Source: Azolla caroliniana
Lineage: Eukaryota; Plantae; Polypodiophyta
Length of the DNA stretch: 64,000 nt
Assembly: GCA_043228905.1 (NCBI GenBank)
Contig: JBHGNT010000011.1
Span: 6,138,001-6,202,000, forward strand
Direction of reading: 5' to 3'
The notes under the pieces were generated by a model. The model was not told the DNA's origin and did no database searches. It saw only the letters and a list, made by a program, of their open reading frames with translations. This document shows, one piece after another, positions 12,687 to 23,481 of the stretch. Every line of letters starts with the position of its first letter. Positions within the stretch are counted from its first letter, which is position 1. The translations under genes and the position numbers were made by a program.

Positions 12687-14924
12687 TGTCGAATACATGT
12701 GTATAATGGACGTATTCACACCATCCCGTTTTGCTCATTTATGTAATTAGCATAAAGGCAGACCATCCGACCTCGATACCCGATGCGACCAGTCCAATCA
12801 TACCTCGACGATCCGAGAGACTGTCGCAACCTCCGGAGAGGTATTCTCCTGGAATTTTCTTCACCGACACCGGCGAACCGACGTCTTACGAAGAAGCATC
12901 GACATCTGTCGATTCGGCCACCTGGCATCTGGCGATGGAGTCGGAAATGCACTCCATCCGGGCAAACAAGACTTGGGATCTGGTCGAATTACCTAGGAAC
13001 CGACGTGCTCTTCCTTGCAAGTGGGTTTATCGACTAAAAGAGACGTCTGATTCGACCACCCCAAAGTACAAGGACAGATTAGTTGCGAAGGGCTTCCGAC
13101 AAGAATATGGCGTCGACTTCGACGAGATTTTTTCACCAGTGGTGAAAATGACAACCCTTCGTCTTCTGCTCGGCGTCGTGGCAGCCGACAACTTGGAGCT
13201 GATTCAGCTAGATGTCAAAACAGCCTTCCTCCATGGTGATCTCGAGGAGGAAATTTATATGGAGCAGCCAAAAGGCTTCGTGGCAACTGGCCAAGAACAT
13301 CTAGTCTGCCGACTCAGGAAGAGTCTATACGGCCTCAAACAGGCACCGCGACAATGGTACAAGAAGTTCGACGACTTCATCCAATCAATCGGCTTCTCCA
13401 AAAGCGATGAGGACCATTGTCTCTTCACCAACACAGCTCGAGATGGATCACCCATCTTCCTCATCATTTACGTGGACGACATGCTAATTTCTGGACGCCA
13501 CGCGGGCGAACTTGCCGATCTCGTTCGGCAACTGCGGTTGAAGTTTGCCATGAAGGACCTCGGTCCGGCACGACACATCCTTGGCATGAAGATTAGTCGG
13601 CATCGCGATAAACGACATCTTTTTTTGTCTCAGACCGACTATATCGGACGTGTCTTGGAACGCTTCAACATGCAATCAGCCAAATCTGCTTCAACCCCAC
13701 TCCCTATGAATCTTCGGCTCTCTCAGCGAGACTGCCCGACATCCGGTTCGGAGGGGGAAGATATGAAGTCGGTACCGTATGCACCGGCAGTCGGCTCCCT
13801 TATGTACCTGATGGTCGCGACACGGCCTGACATCTCTCATGCCGTAGGAGTCGTTAGCAGATTTATGCACAATCCTGGCCGATCGCATTGGAACGCAGTC
13901 AAGCATGTGTTCAGATATCTGGCTGGCACAAAAGACCATGGCATTCTTTTCGGACCGAACCGAACCTCAGGCGTAGTCGGTTACACTGACTCGGACTTCG
14001 CCGGCTGTATAGACAGTCGGAAATCAACAACCGGATACTGCTTCAAATTCGGCAATGGAGCAATCTCGTGGAAGTCGAAACTTCAGGAGTGCACAGCGAC
14101 CTCAACGACCGAAGCAGAATATGTAGCTGCGTCCGACGCAGCAAAAGAAGCTTTGTGGCTCGGTCGGCTGGCGCACACGTTTCGACAAGTCAAACTTGAC
14201 TCGGCTCCAGTTGTCTACAGCGACAGTCAAGGTGCTGTTGCCTTGTCGAAAAATCCGGTTCACCACAACGCCTCCAAACATATCGACGTTCGATATCACT
14301 TCGTTCGGGACTGCATCATTTCAGGGAAAATCGGTCTAGAGAAAATATCCACAACCGATAATGTCGCAGATGGAATGACCAAATGTCTCTCGGCAGACCG
14401 TTTTCGGTCTCTTCGGCATCAGATGGGCGTAACGACAAACCAGTCCGGTTAGAGCCGGACACAGAGCAGGATGGTTCCCGACAACCGACATCAGCTCCTT
14501 AATGATCGGCTTCAACTGTTCCGACCCGACCAGTTCGGTCTTCTGTCTTCGGATCCTGCCGACTCGAACAAAGCTGATATGTCCGAGAACCTAAGTCTAT
14601 ACCTGTAATCTTAGATAACCCATGTATACGCCCATTACGGGGGAGTGTCGAATACATGTGTATAATGGACGTATTCACACCATCCCGTTTTGCTCATTTA
14701 TGTAATTAGCATAAAGGGTAGTTGCCCTAAGTCGGTCACTATATATAGTGACCTTGTAACCTCTTTGTGAGGTTGGTTGTTGTATTATTGCTTTGTGAAA
14801 TAAAGAGTCTTTTGTGTCTCTCTCTCTCTCTCTCTGTGCAACGACCTACATTCTGTCATACACAGGGAATAAACAGGAATCGAGTGCTTCAAGATCTTCC
14901 GCACTGACGACATTGCTTCCAACA
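12687..14924 (+). mobile_element. Young, internally deleted Copia element, 5-bp TSD ATTAG
   Basis: The 5' LTR stub 12687-12758 is identical to the start of the 3' LTR 14646-14924. PPT GGGGGAG; ATTAG at 12682-12686 and 14925-14929. Confidence 0.92.
12759..14452 (+). CDS. Intact Copia RT-RNase H reading frame (5'-truncated)
   Basis: Uninterrupted: WDLVELP, KWVYRLK, QLDVKTAFLHG, LYGLKQAPRQW, YVDDML, GYTDSDFAG, KHIDVRYHF, ADGMTK. Confidence 0.88.
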
Positions 14925-17900
14925 ATTAGGATGACGCGAATGATCAACGGAGGCCAAGCGGGCCACTACGGGCATGCCTCGAGCGGGGACATCGGGCCTA
15001 CGGCGGGAAGCGGGGCGTTCATACGGCCGAACGAGGGCCAACGGAAGTACGAGTACTACGAAAATCGCAGCAGAGGACCCATCGGCAGGTCGAACGAGCC
15101 TACGGGGAGGTGTGCGCGAAGGAAGACTCGGAGCCGACGGATCAAACCGGCAGCGAGCCAAGATGCGGATCACGGGAGACCGGTTTCTCGCCGGCCGAAA
15201 TCTCTCACCCTTCAACCAGATTTGGCACATACCGGTGGACGTGCAGTTAGGTGGGGGCGGATGTCGTGAAGAATTTCGGCCAGAGGCGGAAACCGGGAAA
15301 CATTGGCTACATCGGCGGGGTGCTGCGTGTGTACGCACCCGTGTACATTTAGTGTGAATATCGAGGGCGCCTTTATGGCGCCGAAGAGTAGTCAAGTCGG
15401 GGACAGATGATCCCATGTAAGTCGGGATTGTCCCACATTGTAACGCATCCCATTCCTTGTTCTATAAAAGGAAGGGAACGCCCTTTGTGTAGGGGTTGCC
15501 CATTTTGCATTAGAGGGTATACTATTAGGTTTAGAGTTAGGTTCTTCTTCTTCTTCTCCTCCTTCTTCGTGTTTTGCTTAGGGTTTGCTTTGGTTCGGCC
15601 TCCTGTGCAAGACCCCGCTCGGCGCGACGAGCTGAGAGCTCCCCGACGGCGGCTTGACAGCAGACGACTACTGTAACCTACCTCAGTCCGGCTCGACGCT
15701 GGGAATGTATTCTTCCCTTTATATGTATATATATATATATACTTTTGTCTGTGTATATTCGCGTCGTTGTTGGCGTCGGGTGCCTACCTTTTCCTGCGTT
15801 TTCCGTACATAAGGCGTGAGTCGAGTTGGGCTGTGTGTGTGCGTGTGTGTGTGTGTGTGTGTGCGTGGATCAGTGTTAAGCACGCTCTCTCTCTCTCTCT
15901 CTCCCTTCGGTCGCTTCCAGTGTGCTTCTGGGATGCCCCGGAAACAATGAAGCACGACTTCCTACGCTCCGTCGCTCCCTAGTCCAAGACCCCCGTGGTC
16001 TCGCCTTTCCCCACACACGCGCATAACAACGCGACAACGGCAAAGCGTTTGCATTTACATCAAGGGAGATAGGGTGCGTCGATCTGAGAATAGTGGAGAC
16101 GATGGTGATCTTCACGATTGACCATGTACCATGGAACCTGAAGCCGATTCCGGTGCCACGAGCGCATATTCCGAAAGTCATTGACTTGCTCAAGGAGAAG
16201 GTGGCGATGGGGATTCTAGAGTCATCAACTGCTCCGTACTCAAATCGATGGTTTATGGTTCCGAAGAAGAATGGATCACTCCGATTTATCCAAGACTTGC
16301 AACCGGTGAATAAGGTCACGATCCGGAACTCGGGAGTCGGTCCGATAGTGGACGAATTTGCGGAAGCTTTTGCCGGTCATGCGATATACTCCATCGGAGA
16401 CCTATACTCGGGATATGACCAATTCCAACTAGCCGTGGAGAGCCGAGACATCACAACCAGGCGAACACCGATAGGATTAGTCCGAATGTGCACACTACCA
16501 CAAGGAGCGACAAATTCGGTTGCTCATATGATGAACGCGATGAACAAGGTGCTTCGAGACTGCATTCCGGAGATAACGATGTCGTTCCTCGATGACATTC
16601 CGATGAAAGGATGCGCGGTAGAAGAAAAAGATGAGACTATGGATGATCGGGGATGCCGAAAGTTCGTGGTCGACCATATTCATGATTGCGAGAAAGTGTT
16701 GCGAAAGCTAGAAGATGTGCACCTAACACTTTCCGGGGAGAAATCGGCATTCGGGCAAGAAGAAATATTGGTGGTCGGACATCTATGTGGGCCCTACGGC
16801 CGAAGACCGTCACCAACAAAGATCAATGTGATTCAAGCTATGGAGGAAATATGCGAGTCAACATCCGAAGTCTGAAGGTTTCTCGGTGCATGTGCATTCT
16901 ATCACATATGGATTCCGCACTATGCACATATAGCGGACCCGCTCTACCACTTGTTGCGGAAAGGTAAGAAATTTGAATGGAAACCGGAACACACCAAAGC
17001 CATGAAGAAATTGAAGAAGAAACTTCGGAGGGCGGAAGCACTTAAGAAGCCGAGCTATGATCGACCGATCATAGTAATGGTTGATACAAGTCCAACCGGT
17101 ATGGGGTGGGTCATCAATCAAGCCGACTCGGATGGTTCGCGGTATCCGATCCGATTCAGAGCAAAGGTTCTCAACGAAAGGCAACGTGGATATGCACAAC
17201 TGTGGGGAGTCGTGTCGGCGATAAAATCGGATCGGGATTATTTGATCGGAGCCGAAGTGGTGATCGAGACGGTTGTCTTCCGATAATCGGGATGATGCGG
17301 TGTTGTACGATACCGGATGTAGCTATGCTAAGGTGGGTTGCATATGTCAAGTCGCTTAATCCGGAGGTTCGACACATCTCGGGGAAGGACAATGCGCTAG
17401 CGAATATGTTATCGAGGGCTCGGTTCGGAGACGACATAACCGAATCGGATAATGAAGAAGTTTCCGAAGACTACTTCGCGTCGGAGCACATATGCCGAGT
17501 GAACGTAATCCGAGAATTCCGGGAAGAAGAATACGAGGGAGAAAGCTTGATGATCGGAAAGATGTTACAAGAGGCCAAGGACTCAACAAACGATAAAGGA
17601 AGAAGAGCCGAGATCCAAAGGAAGAAGAGGCAAGTCCAAAAGTTCTTCTTGGAAAACGGATTAATATGGAGCGCGCCGAAAAGACCGGATGGTATACCAC
17701 TTCGAGTAGTCGGGACAAAAGAGCAACAAAACCGGATAATGTCTGAGTTTCACGAATCCGATTGGGCTGGACACCGAGGAACATGGGCAACATTTGTGAA
17801 GATCAAGCAAAAATATTGGTGGAAGAAAATGTACAAAGATGTCGCGGAGTTCACGGAAAGCTGCGAGAAATGTCAAGTCTACTCCGGGGTTCGACATCGA

Positions 17901-20900
17901 GATGAGTTACATCCGACATTCTCACCGACAATCAACTTCAAGTGGATGGTCGACATAGTGGCCATGCCGACCGGGATCGGACAAAAGAAATACTTGGTAT
18001 TAGCTCGGGAAGATCTCACGAATCAAGGAGAAGGTCGAGCGCTTCAGAGGAAAACGTGTTCCGCGGTATGCCAATTTCTTTTGGAGGAAGTATTTTGCAG
18101 GTACGGGTGCGTAGGGCAAGTGATTGCGGACCGGGGAGAACTCGACTCGGACAAAGCTAGGGGATTCTTCGCCAAACACGGAGTTCAGTTATCGCTGACA
18201 ACGGCATACAATCCGGAGGCCAACGGGAAAATCGAACGAGGACATAGTCTGATCGTGAAAGCACTTGCGAAGGCATGCGATGGAAAGGTGAAGGACTAGC
18301 CGCAGATGCTTCCGTATGCACTATGGGCGGATCGGACGACGCATAGCTCTATAACCGGTTACATGCCGGCAGAACTCATGACCGGACAAGCACCGGTAAT
18401 GCCGACAGAAACCGCGATCGCAACATGGACAGTGCTACCGTGGAAGGAAGAGATGAGCCGGGAAGAACTACTAGCGGTCCGGATACGACAACTAGAGGGA
18501 AGACTGGCAGACATAGCGGAAGCAATACGCCGACAACAAGAAGCACGGTTCCGGAACAAAAGCCGGTTCGACACAAAGCACCGACTACGACCGAGGAGGA
18601 TTGAAGAAGGAGATTGGGTGATCGTCTATGACAGTAGTTTGGACCATCAACATACAACGATGCGGAAATTCGCGAAAAGGTGGTTCGGGCCATACAAGGT
18701 TCGGAAAGTCTTCGACAACAGAACGTACCGACTGTCCGAGTTGGATGGAACAATACTACGAGTGCCTATAGCCGGGAAGCGGGTGAAGATTTTCAAGAAG
18801 CGGACCAACGACAAACCCTATGTGATCCAAGCCAAGGCCGACAACGAGGAGCAATCAAACGAAGACCACGGTGATGCGGGAAGCGAAGAAAGTGAATTAC
18901 AACTCATAGTCGACATTAGGGGAGAATCGGAGGAAGCTTTGGATGAAGACGGATATGAGGAATCGAGAACTTCGGCAAATACCGGAGGATGTGCGGGTTC
19001 GGAGGGGGCGAGTGTCGTAGTGTATTCCACACACTACGTGAAAACCATAAAATAATATATCCGATTTTAGATACATATAAATAAATAAATAATATATCAA
19101 AATATTTATCACGTGCATAAGGCATGATTCGAACCCTACACCTCCACATAGCCAAACCTCAACTTTACCATTATGCTACCTTATCTTTAGTGTTCTACAA
19201 ATAGATTTAATAACTATAAGTGCTTTATTTGCGCCTACCTTTATTAAAAGGTGAATCATGCATTTAGCTTGCATGAGCACTATATTTAGCAAATAAAAGC
19301 AAGGATTAGAAAAGCATCACATGCACATTTAGTGTGCATAAACATATTAGAAAAAAGCATGTAGCTATGCTTAGTCTCTCCCATCACTATATAAGGATGG
19401 GGAGCACATTGTAGTTTTTGTTGATTTTTTTTTCTATAATGATCAATCAATCTAAAATATTCGTGGGATTCACGAATTTGCTAAAATAATTCTCTCTTAC
19501 TACCTAAATATTGACTAAATATACTAAACTCGTGGGATTCACAAGATTCTTATCTTATAACTCTTTATACTTATTCTTTACTAGCCTTATTTGTATTTTT
19601 CTTCCTCCTAGTCCAAAACCTCGGCAGTTCCCACCCGACTCACGCAACGATCCGGAGCCGAAAGGCACGACAGCGTAAAGCTCCAGCTTGCGGCATCATT
19701 TGATATGAAGGACCTGGGGGACCTTCATTACTCGGGATCGAAGTGATCCGAACCCCCAAAGGCATACTCATCAGCCAACGACATTACGCGCTAAGTGTGC
19801 TCTTCAAGTTCGGGATGGCGGACTGTAAGTCTATCTCAACTCCTCTTGACAGAATAGTGAAGCTTCACCCCAACTTCGGAAAGGTCTGCGACCCGAAAAG
19901 GTTCTGACAGATTGTCGGAAGCCTCATATACTTAACTGTCACCCAACCGGACCTTAGTTAACCAGTCGGCTTGATTAGTCAGTTCATGGCACGACCAACC
20001 GAGGAGCACCTTCAATGCGCGCAATGCGTACTCAGGTACATTAGCGGCACTAAGGACCGGGGGCTACTATATCAAACCGGTACTGCCGAGCAGCTAGTCA
20101 GCTATATAGATGCCGATTAGGCGAGAAACGTCGGCGATCGCCGATCCACATCCGGATTCGCGTTCTCCCTTGGGAGCGCCACGATCGCGTGGAGTAACAA
20201 GAAGCAGCCAATAGTTCCAATGTCGACCACAGAGGCTGAGTATCAATGAGCAGTTGTCGCAACATGCAAAGCCATATGGCTGAAGCGGCTACTTACGGAT
20301 CTCCAAGTGGAGGTGTCCGATCTAACGACGATCTATTGCGACAACCTTAGTAGCATCCAACTTGCGAAGAACCCCATATTCCAAGCCTGGACTAAGTACA
20401 TTGAGGTGCACTACCACTTTGTCTGCGAGCGTGTCCTCTCTGGTGAAGTCAAACTTCAGTATGTTCGGATGGATCGGCAGAACGCCGACATTTTCACCAA
20501 GCCCCTTGGTCTGGACAAGTTGCGGCAATTCTCGGGTGCACTTGGGTTGCAGCACCTCGACGTGCCAAACTTGAGGGGGAGAAAAGTCCCGCAAGACCAC
20601 GGAAAGGAGCAAGAAAGGAGCGGAAGTGATCGCGACACCAAATCGGATGACAAATTCGATTTAGTGTCGGCTGAAGAAGCCGAAGGCGGATCCGCAGAAG
20701 AGTCCGAAAGCAAACGAGAGGGCAGCATCCAAAAGAAAGAGACGGAGCCAGCAAAACATGGGCAAAACATGGGGGAGATGAAGCCAACTAGGGCAAGAAG
20801 GCCAAGATTGAGGAAGAATTGGAGACAACCAATTCAGACAAAAGTGGAGACGAATCGAAGGCAGCCGATTCGGCTCGGATGTTTGATTCGGAGACACATT

Positions 20901-21252
20901 AGTCATGGGGAATATTGAACTCATTAGTTATGTGTCATAGAATATGATTATATGACACATAGTTAATGTGTAGAGAGTGGTGGTGTGACTTTTGACCTTT
21001 GAGTGCTCATAGATTCTCAAAGGGTGTGTTCACACACAAGGCTAGGTTGCGCTTGATTCTCAATAGTAGGTCCTGTTCAGACTAAGAAAAGACATGGGCA
21101 AGGTTTCTTCTTATTCTATGCTTGCTTCTCATTTTTTCATCTTTTTCTTCCTTTCCTTCCCCTCCTATCCCCTCCCTACCCTTCCTCCATTGAACATGAG
21201 CTCTTAAGTTGCAACAACAGGTAGTGATCATCAAAAACACACACACACACAC

Positions 21253-21295
<43 letters not shown>

Positions 21296-22079
21296 TCGTA
21301 CATAAGTTCCAAAAACAAAAGCTCAAGTCATCTTTGTCTTCTTCATCAATATCCATATGATGATACTGATACAAATCTATCTTACCTCCCTCTCTTTGGT
21401 ATTCATGGCGGATTTTGCGAGTAAAATATGTAGCATTATGTTTGTTTTTCTTTGTAGATGGAAACATTATTCACTTTGGATTATATAGTGCTTCTAACTA
21501 TTAGAAAAAGCTTGTTGTCTCAAATACAAGGCAATGCAGAGGACATATGTCTTCTATCACATCGATGTGGATTTTGTGCTCATCACAAGAACATGTCTAT
21601 GATTTGATGGAGTTGTACCTCTCTTTGATATCATTGTGCCAAAGATTTGACTGAACATATACCCAATTAATAACGAATCGGGCAAGATTGGTTGTTGGTC
21701 ACACTTGAGCTATGACTTAACTTGTCACGGATGAACAATTGGAAGATAAAAAGATGGGGAAGTTGATGACAATGAGTAAGAATATCTATTCCATGACTGG
21801 TGTTGATTTCCTTGATGTTAACAAGGGATATCAACCCTTTTTATACATGTAGTGAAGCATGATAAGCATGCTCATGCCAAGTCTTACATACTATAATATC
21901 AAGCATACTATTTCTTGCATGCCAAGTCTTACATATTGAGTCTTACATACCACTCTTTATACAAAGGTTTAAAATCCAAAGTTTGTCTAGGAGAAATATA
22001 TATATACAAGAACCTAAGGCTAAAATTCAAGTCAATGTTTATGACATTATCCTCCCCTTAACCGCCGACTTCAAGAAGG

Positions 22080-22978
22080 TGCGGGTTTGTCAGGATATCA
22101 GAGATGAAAATCATGAACCACTTCCGGGGCATTGAGTAAATTTCTAGAGGGCTCCCATATGGCCTTAGAGATGGGATATCCTTTCCACAAGACCAGATAC
22201 TAGAGCTTCCGTCGGCTCTTGCGGGAGTCTAGAATGGTCTCAACTTCATACTCATCCCTAGTCGCCAAAGCCACAGGGGGGGTGGCTCGATGCTTCTTCC
22301 TGGAATTGAGGATGGATGATAGAGCTCAAGAAGTGATGCATGGAAGACATTGTGAATTCGGTAGTGTGATGGAAGCGCAAGACAGAAAGCCCTATGGTTG
22401 ACTTTGTCAATGATGCGGAACGGACCCAACATTTTGTATTCGAGTTTATTGCATGGGCGAGTTGTCGGAATATGCCGACATAATAGCCAGACCATGTCAC
22501 CAACTTTAAACCAGGTGCAGCCCGCCGATGTCGATCAGCCTTCTCTTTGTGTCATTCTTGGGCAATGGAGAGTTCTAGGGATAGGTCATGATGCACTTCT
22601 TTCATCAGAGGAGCTCGTTCTTCAACATATGGATTCACAGAACTAGCAGGGATAGCTATGCTAAAGTGTGGGTGGAACCCATAATTTGCGAAGAAGGGTG
22701 TTACACTAGTTGATGTGTGGAGAGTATTGTTGTAGGCGAACTCAGCCATTGGAAGAAATTTGATCCAATCATCTTGTTGATAACTTATCATACATTGGAG
22801 ATATTGCTTGAGGATCTTATTTACTCGTTCCGTTTGGCTATCTATCTTAGGATGGAAGGCCGTCGAAATTTTTTTGGAAGTTCCAAGAGTCTGGAAGAGG
22901 CGTTTCCAGAAATAAGACATAAATTGGGGGCTGCGAGAAAAAATAATGTCATCCGGTAAACCGTGAAGACGCATAATA
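22080..22978 (-). pseudogene. Chromovirus integrase C-half with GPF motif and chromodomain
   Basis: RLHGLPDDI, STAFHPKIDSQTERVN, LPMAEFAYNN, KMLGPFRII, HNVFHASLL, YEVETILDSR..YLVLWKGYP. Confidence 0.85.
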
Positions 22979-23430
22979 TGTTAATCCTTAGGGCCGGACA
23001 ATGGCCTAACACAGGGTGTCTTCGGAAGACACTTCACCAAAGGGGTGTTACGGCGAGATAACTTAAGACACAACGATTAATCCGACTTAATTGGCTACTT
23101 AGCAATAAGGCATTCACTTAATACACGCGTAAGATATAACAATTAATACAGAACAGTAATCAATACGTGAAGATAAAACAAGAAGCTTATATTAATTCTC
23201 CGTCAAAGTTTTACATTGTAACCGGGCCTTTATATAGGTTACCGGTGTTGCGTACAAAACGGTGCCAACCGGCACCTGTTCAGAACCGGTCCGGATCCGG
23301 ATCAGCATACCGATTCCGGTCCATCCGTTCACTACATAATTATAATCTATTCTACTTAATTAAAATAGATTCCGAATAACAATCCCTTTCACATTCTGGT
23401 CTTTAACTCCTTTGCCGGCCGAGTAACACA

Positions 23431-23447
23431 TGGCACGCCCGTGGGAC
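23431..23447 (+). promoter_or_regulatory. Antisense PBS-like site (tRNA-Arg UCU) at the position normally taken by the PPT
   Basis: TGGCACGCCCGTGGGAC lies 2 nt from the 3' LTR. It matches the recalled tRNA-Arg PBS TGGCACGCCC(A/G)GTGGGAC with one base missing; an identical copy is at 62245-62261. Confidence 0.7.
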
Positions 23448-23481
23448 AATACCTTGTACGTCGAATCCCACTATCCGGCCC

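Larger units (their letters stand above)
9033..16036 (+). mobile_element. Non-autonomous Gag-only LTR element (TR-GAG-like), tRNA-Trp PBS, 4-bp TSD ACGG
   Basis: Highly similar LTRs 9033-9803 and 15262-16036; PBS 9808-9825; PPT GGTGGGGGCGGA; ACGG at 9029-9032 and 16037-16040. No pol of its own. Confidence 0.92.
8420..19012 (+). pseudogene. Gypsy pol (RT-RNase H-integrase), interrupted by nested element 9033-16036
   Basis: LEQHG|KAFAF is restored across the insert. RFIQDLQPVN, DLYSGYDQF, LPQGATNS, FLDDI, VDTSPTG, integrase H..HRG..CEKCQ, IADRG, YNPEANGKIER, WFGPYKV. Confidence 0.9.
5619..19672 (+). mobile_element. Full-length Ty3/Gypsy non-chromovirus element, tRNA-Trp primed, 4-bp TSD (GCAT/GCGT)
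   Basis: LTRs 5619-6348 and 19013-19672 (TGTCGTAG...CACGACA; the 3' LTR has a ~65-bp deletion). PBS 6353-6370, PPT GGAGGGGGCGAG, domain order gag-PR-RT-RH-INT. Confidence 0.95.
4389..20918 (+). pseudogene. Degenerate Copia pol (RT 4960-5618, resuming 19677-20580 with RT/RNase H), split by the Gypsy insertion
   Basis: [35 protein letters not shown]. Removing the insert restores EIDRVKLQLAASFDMKDLG. IYCDNLSSIQLAKNP, ADIFTKPL, LRG follow. Confidence 0.85.

Noticed and set aside
9553-12738. Many long overlapping antisense ORFs
   Set aside because: Expected in GC-rich, stop-poor retroelement DNA; no recognisable domains.
23431-23447. tRNA gene or SINE
   Set aside because: Only the 3'-terminal 17 nt including CCA are present, with no cloverleaf or A box.
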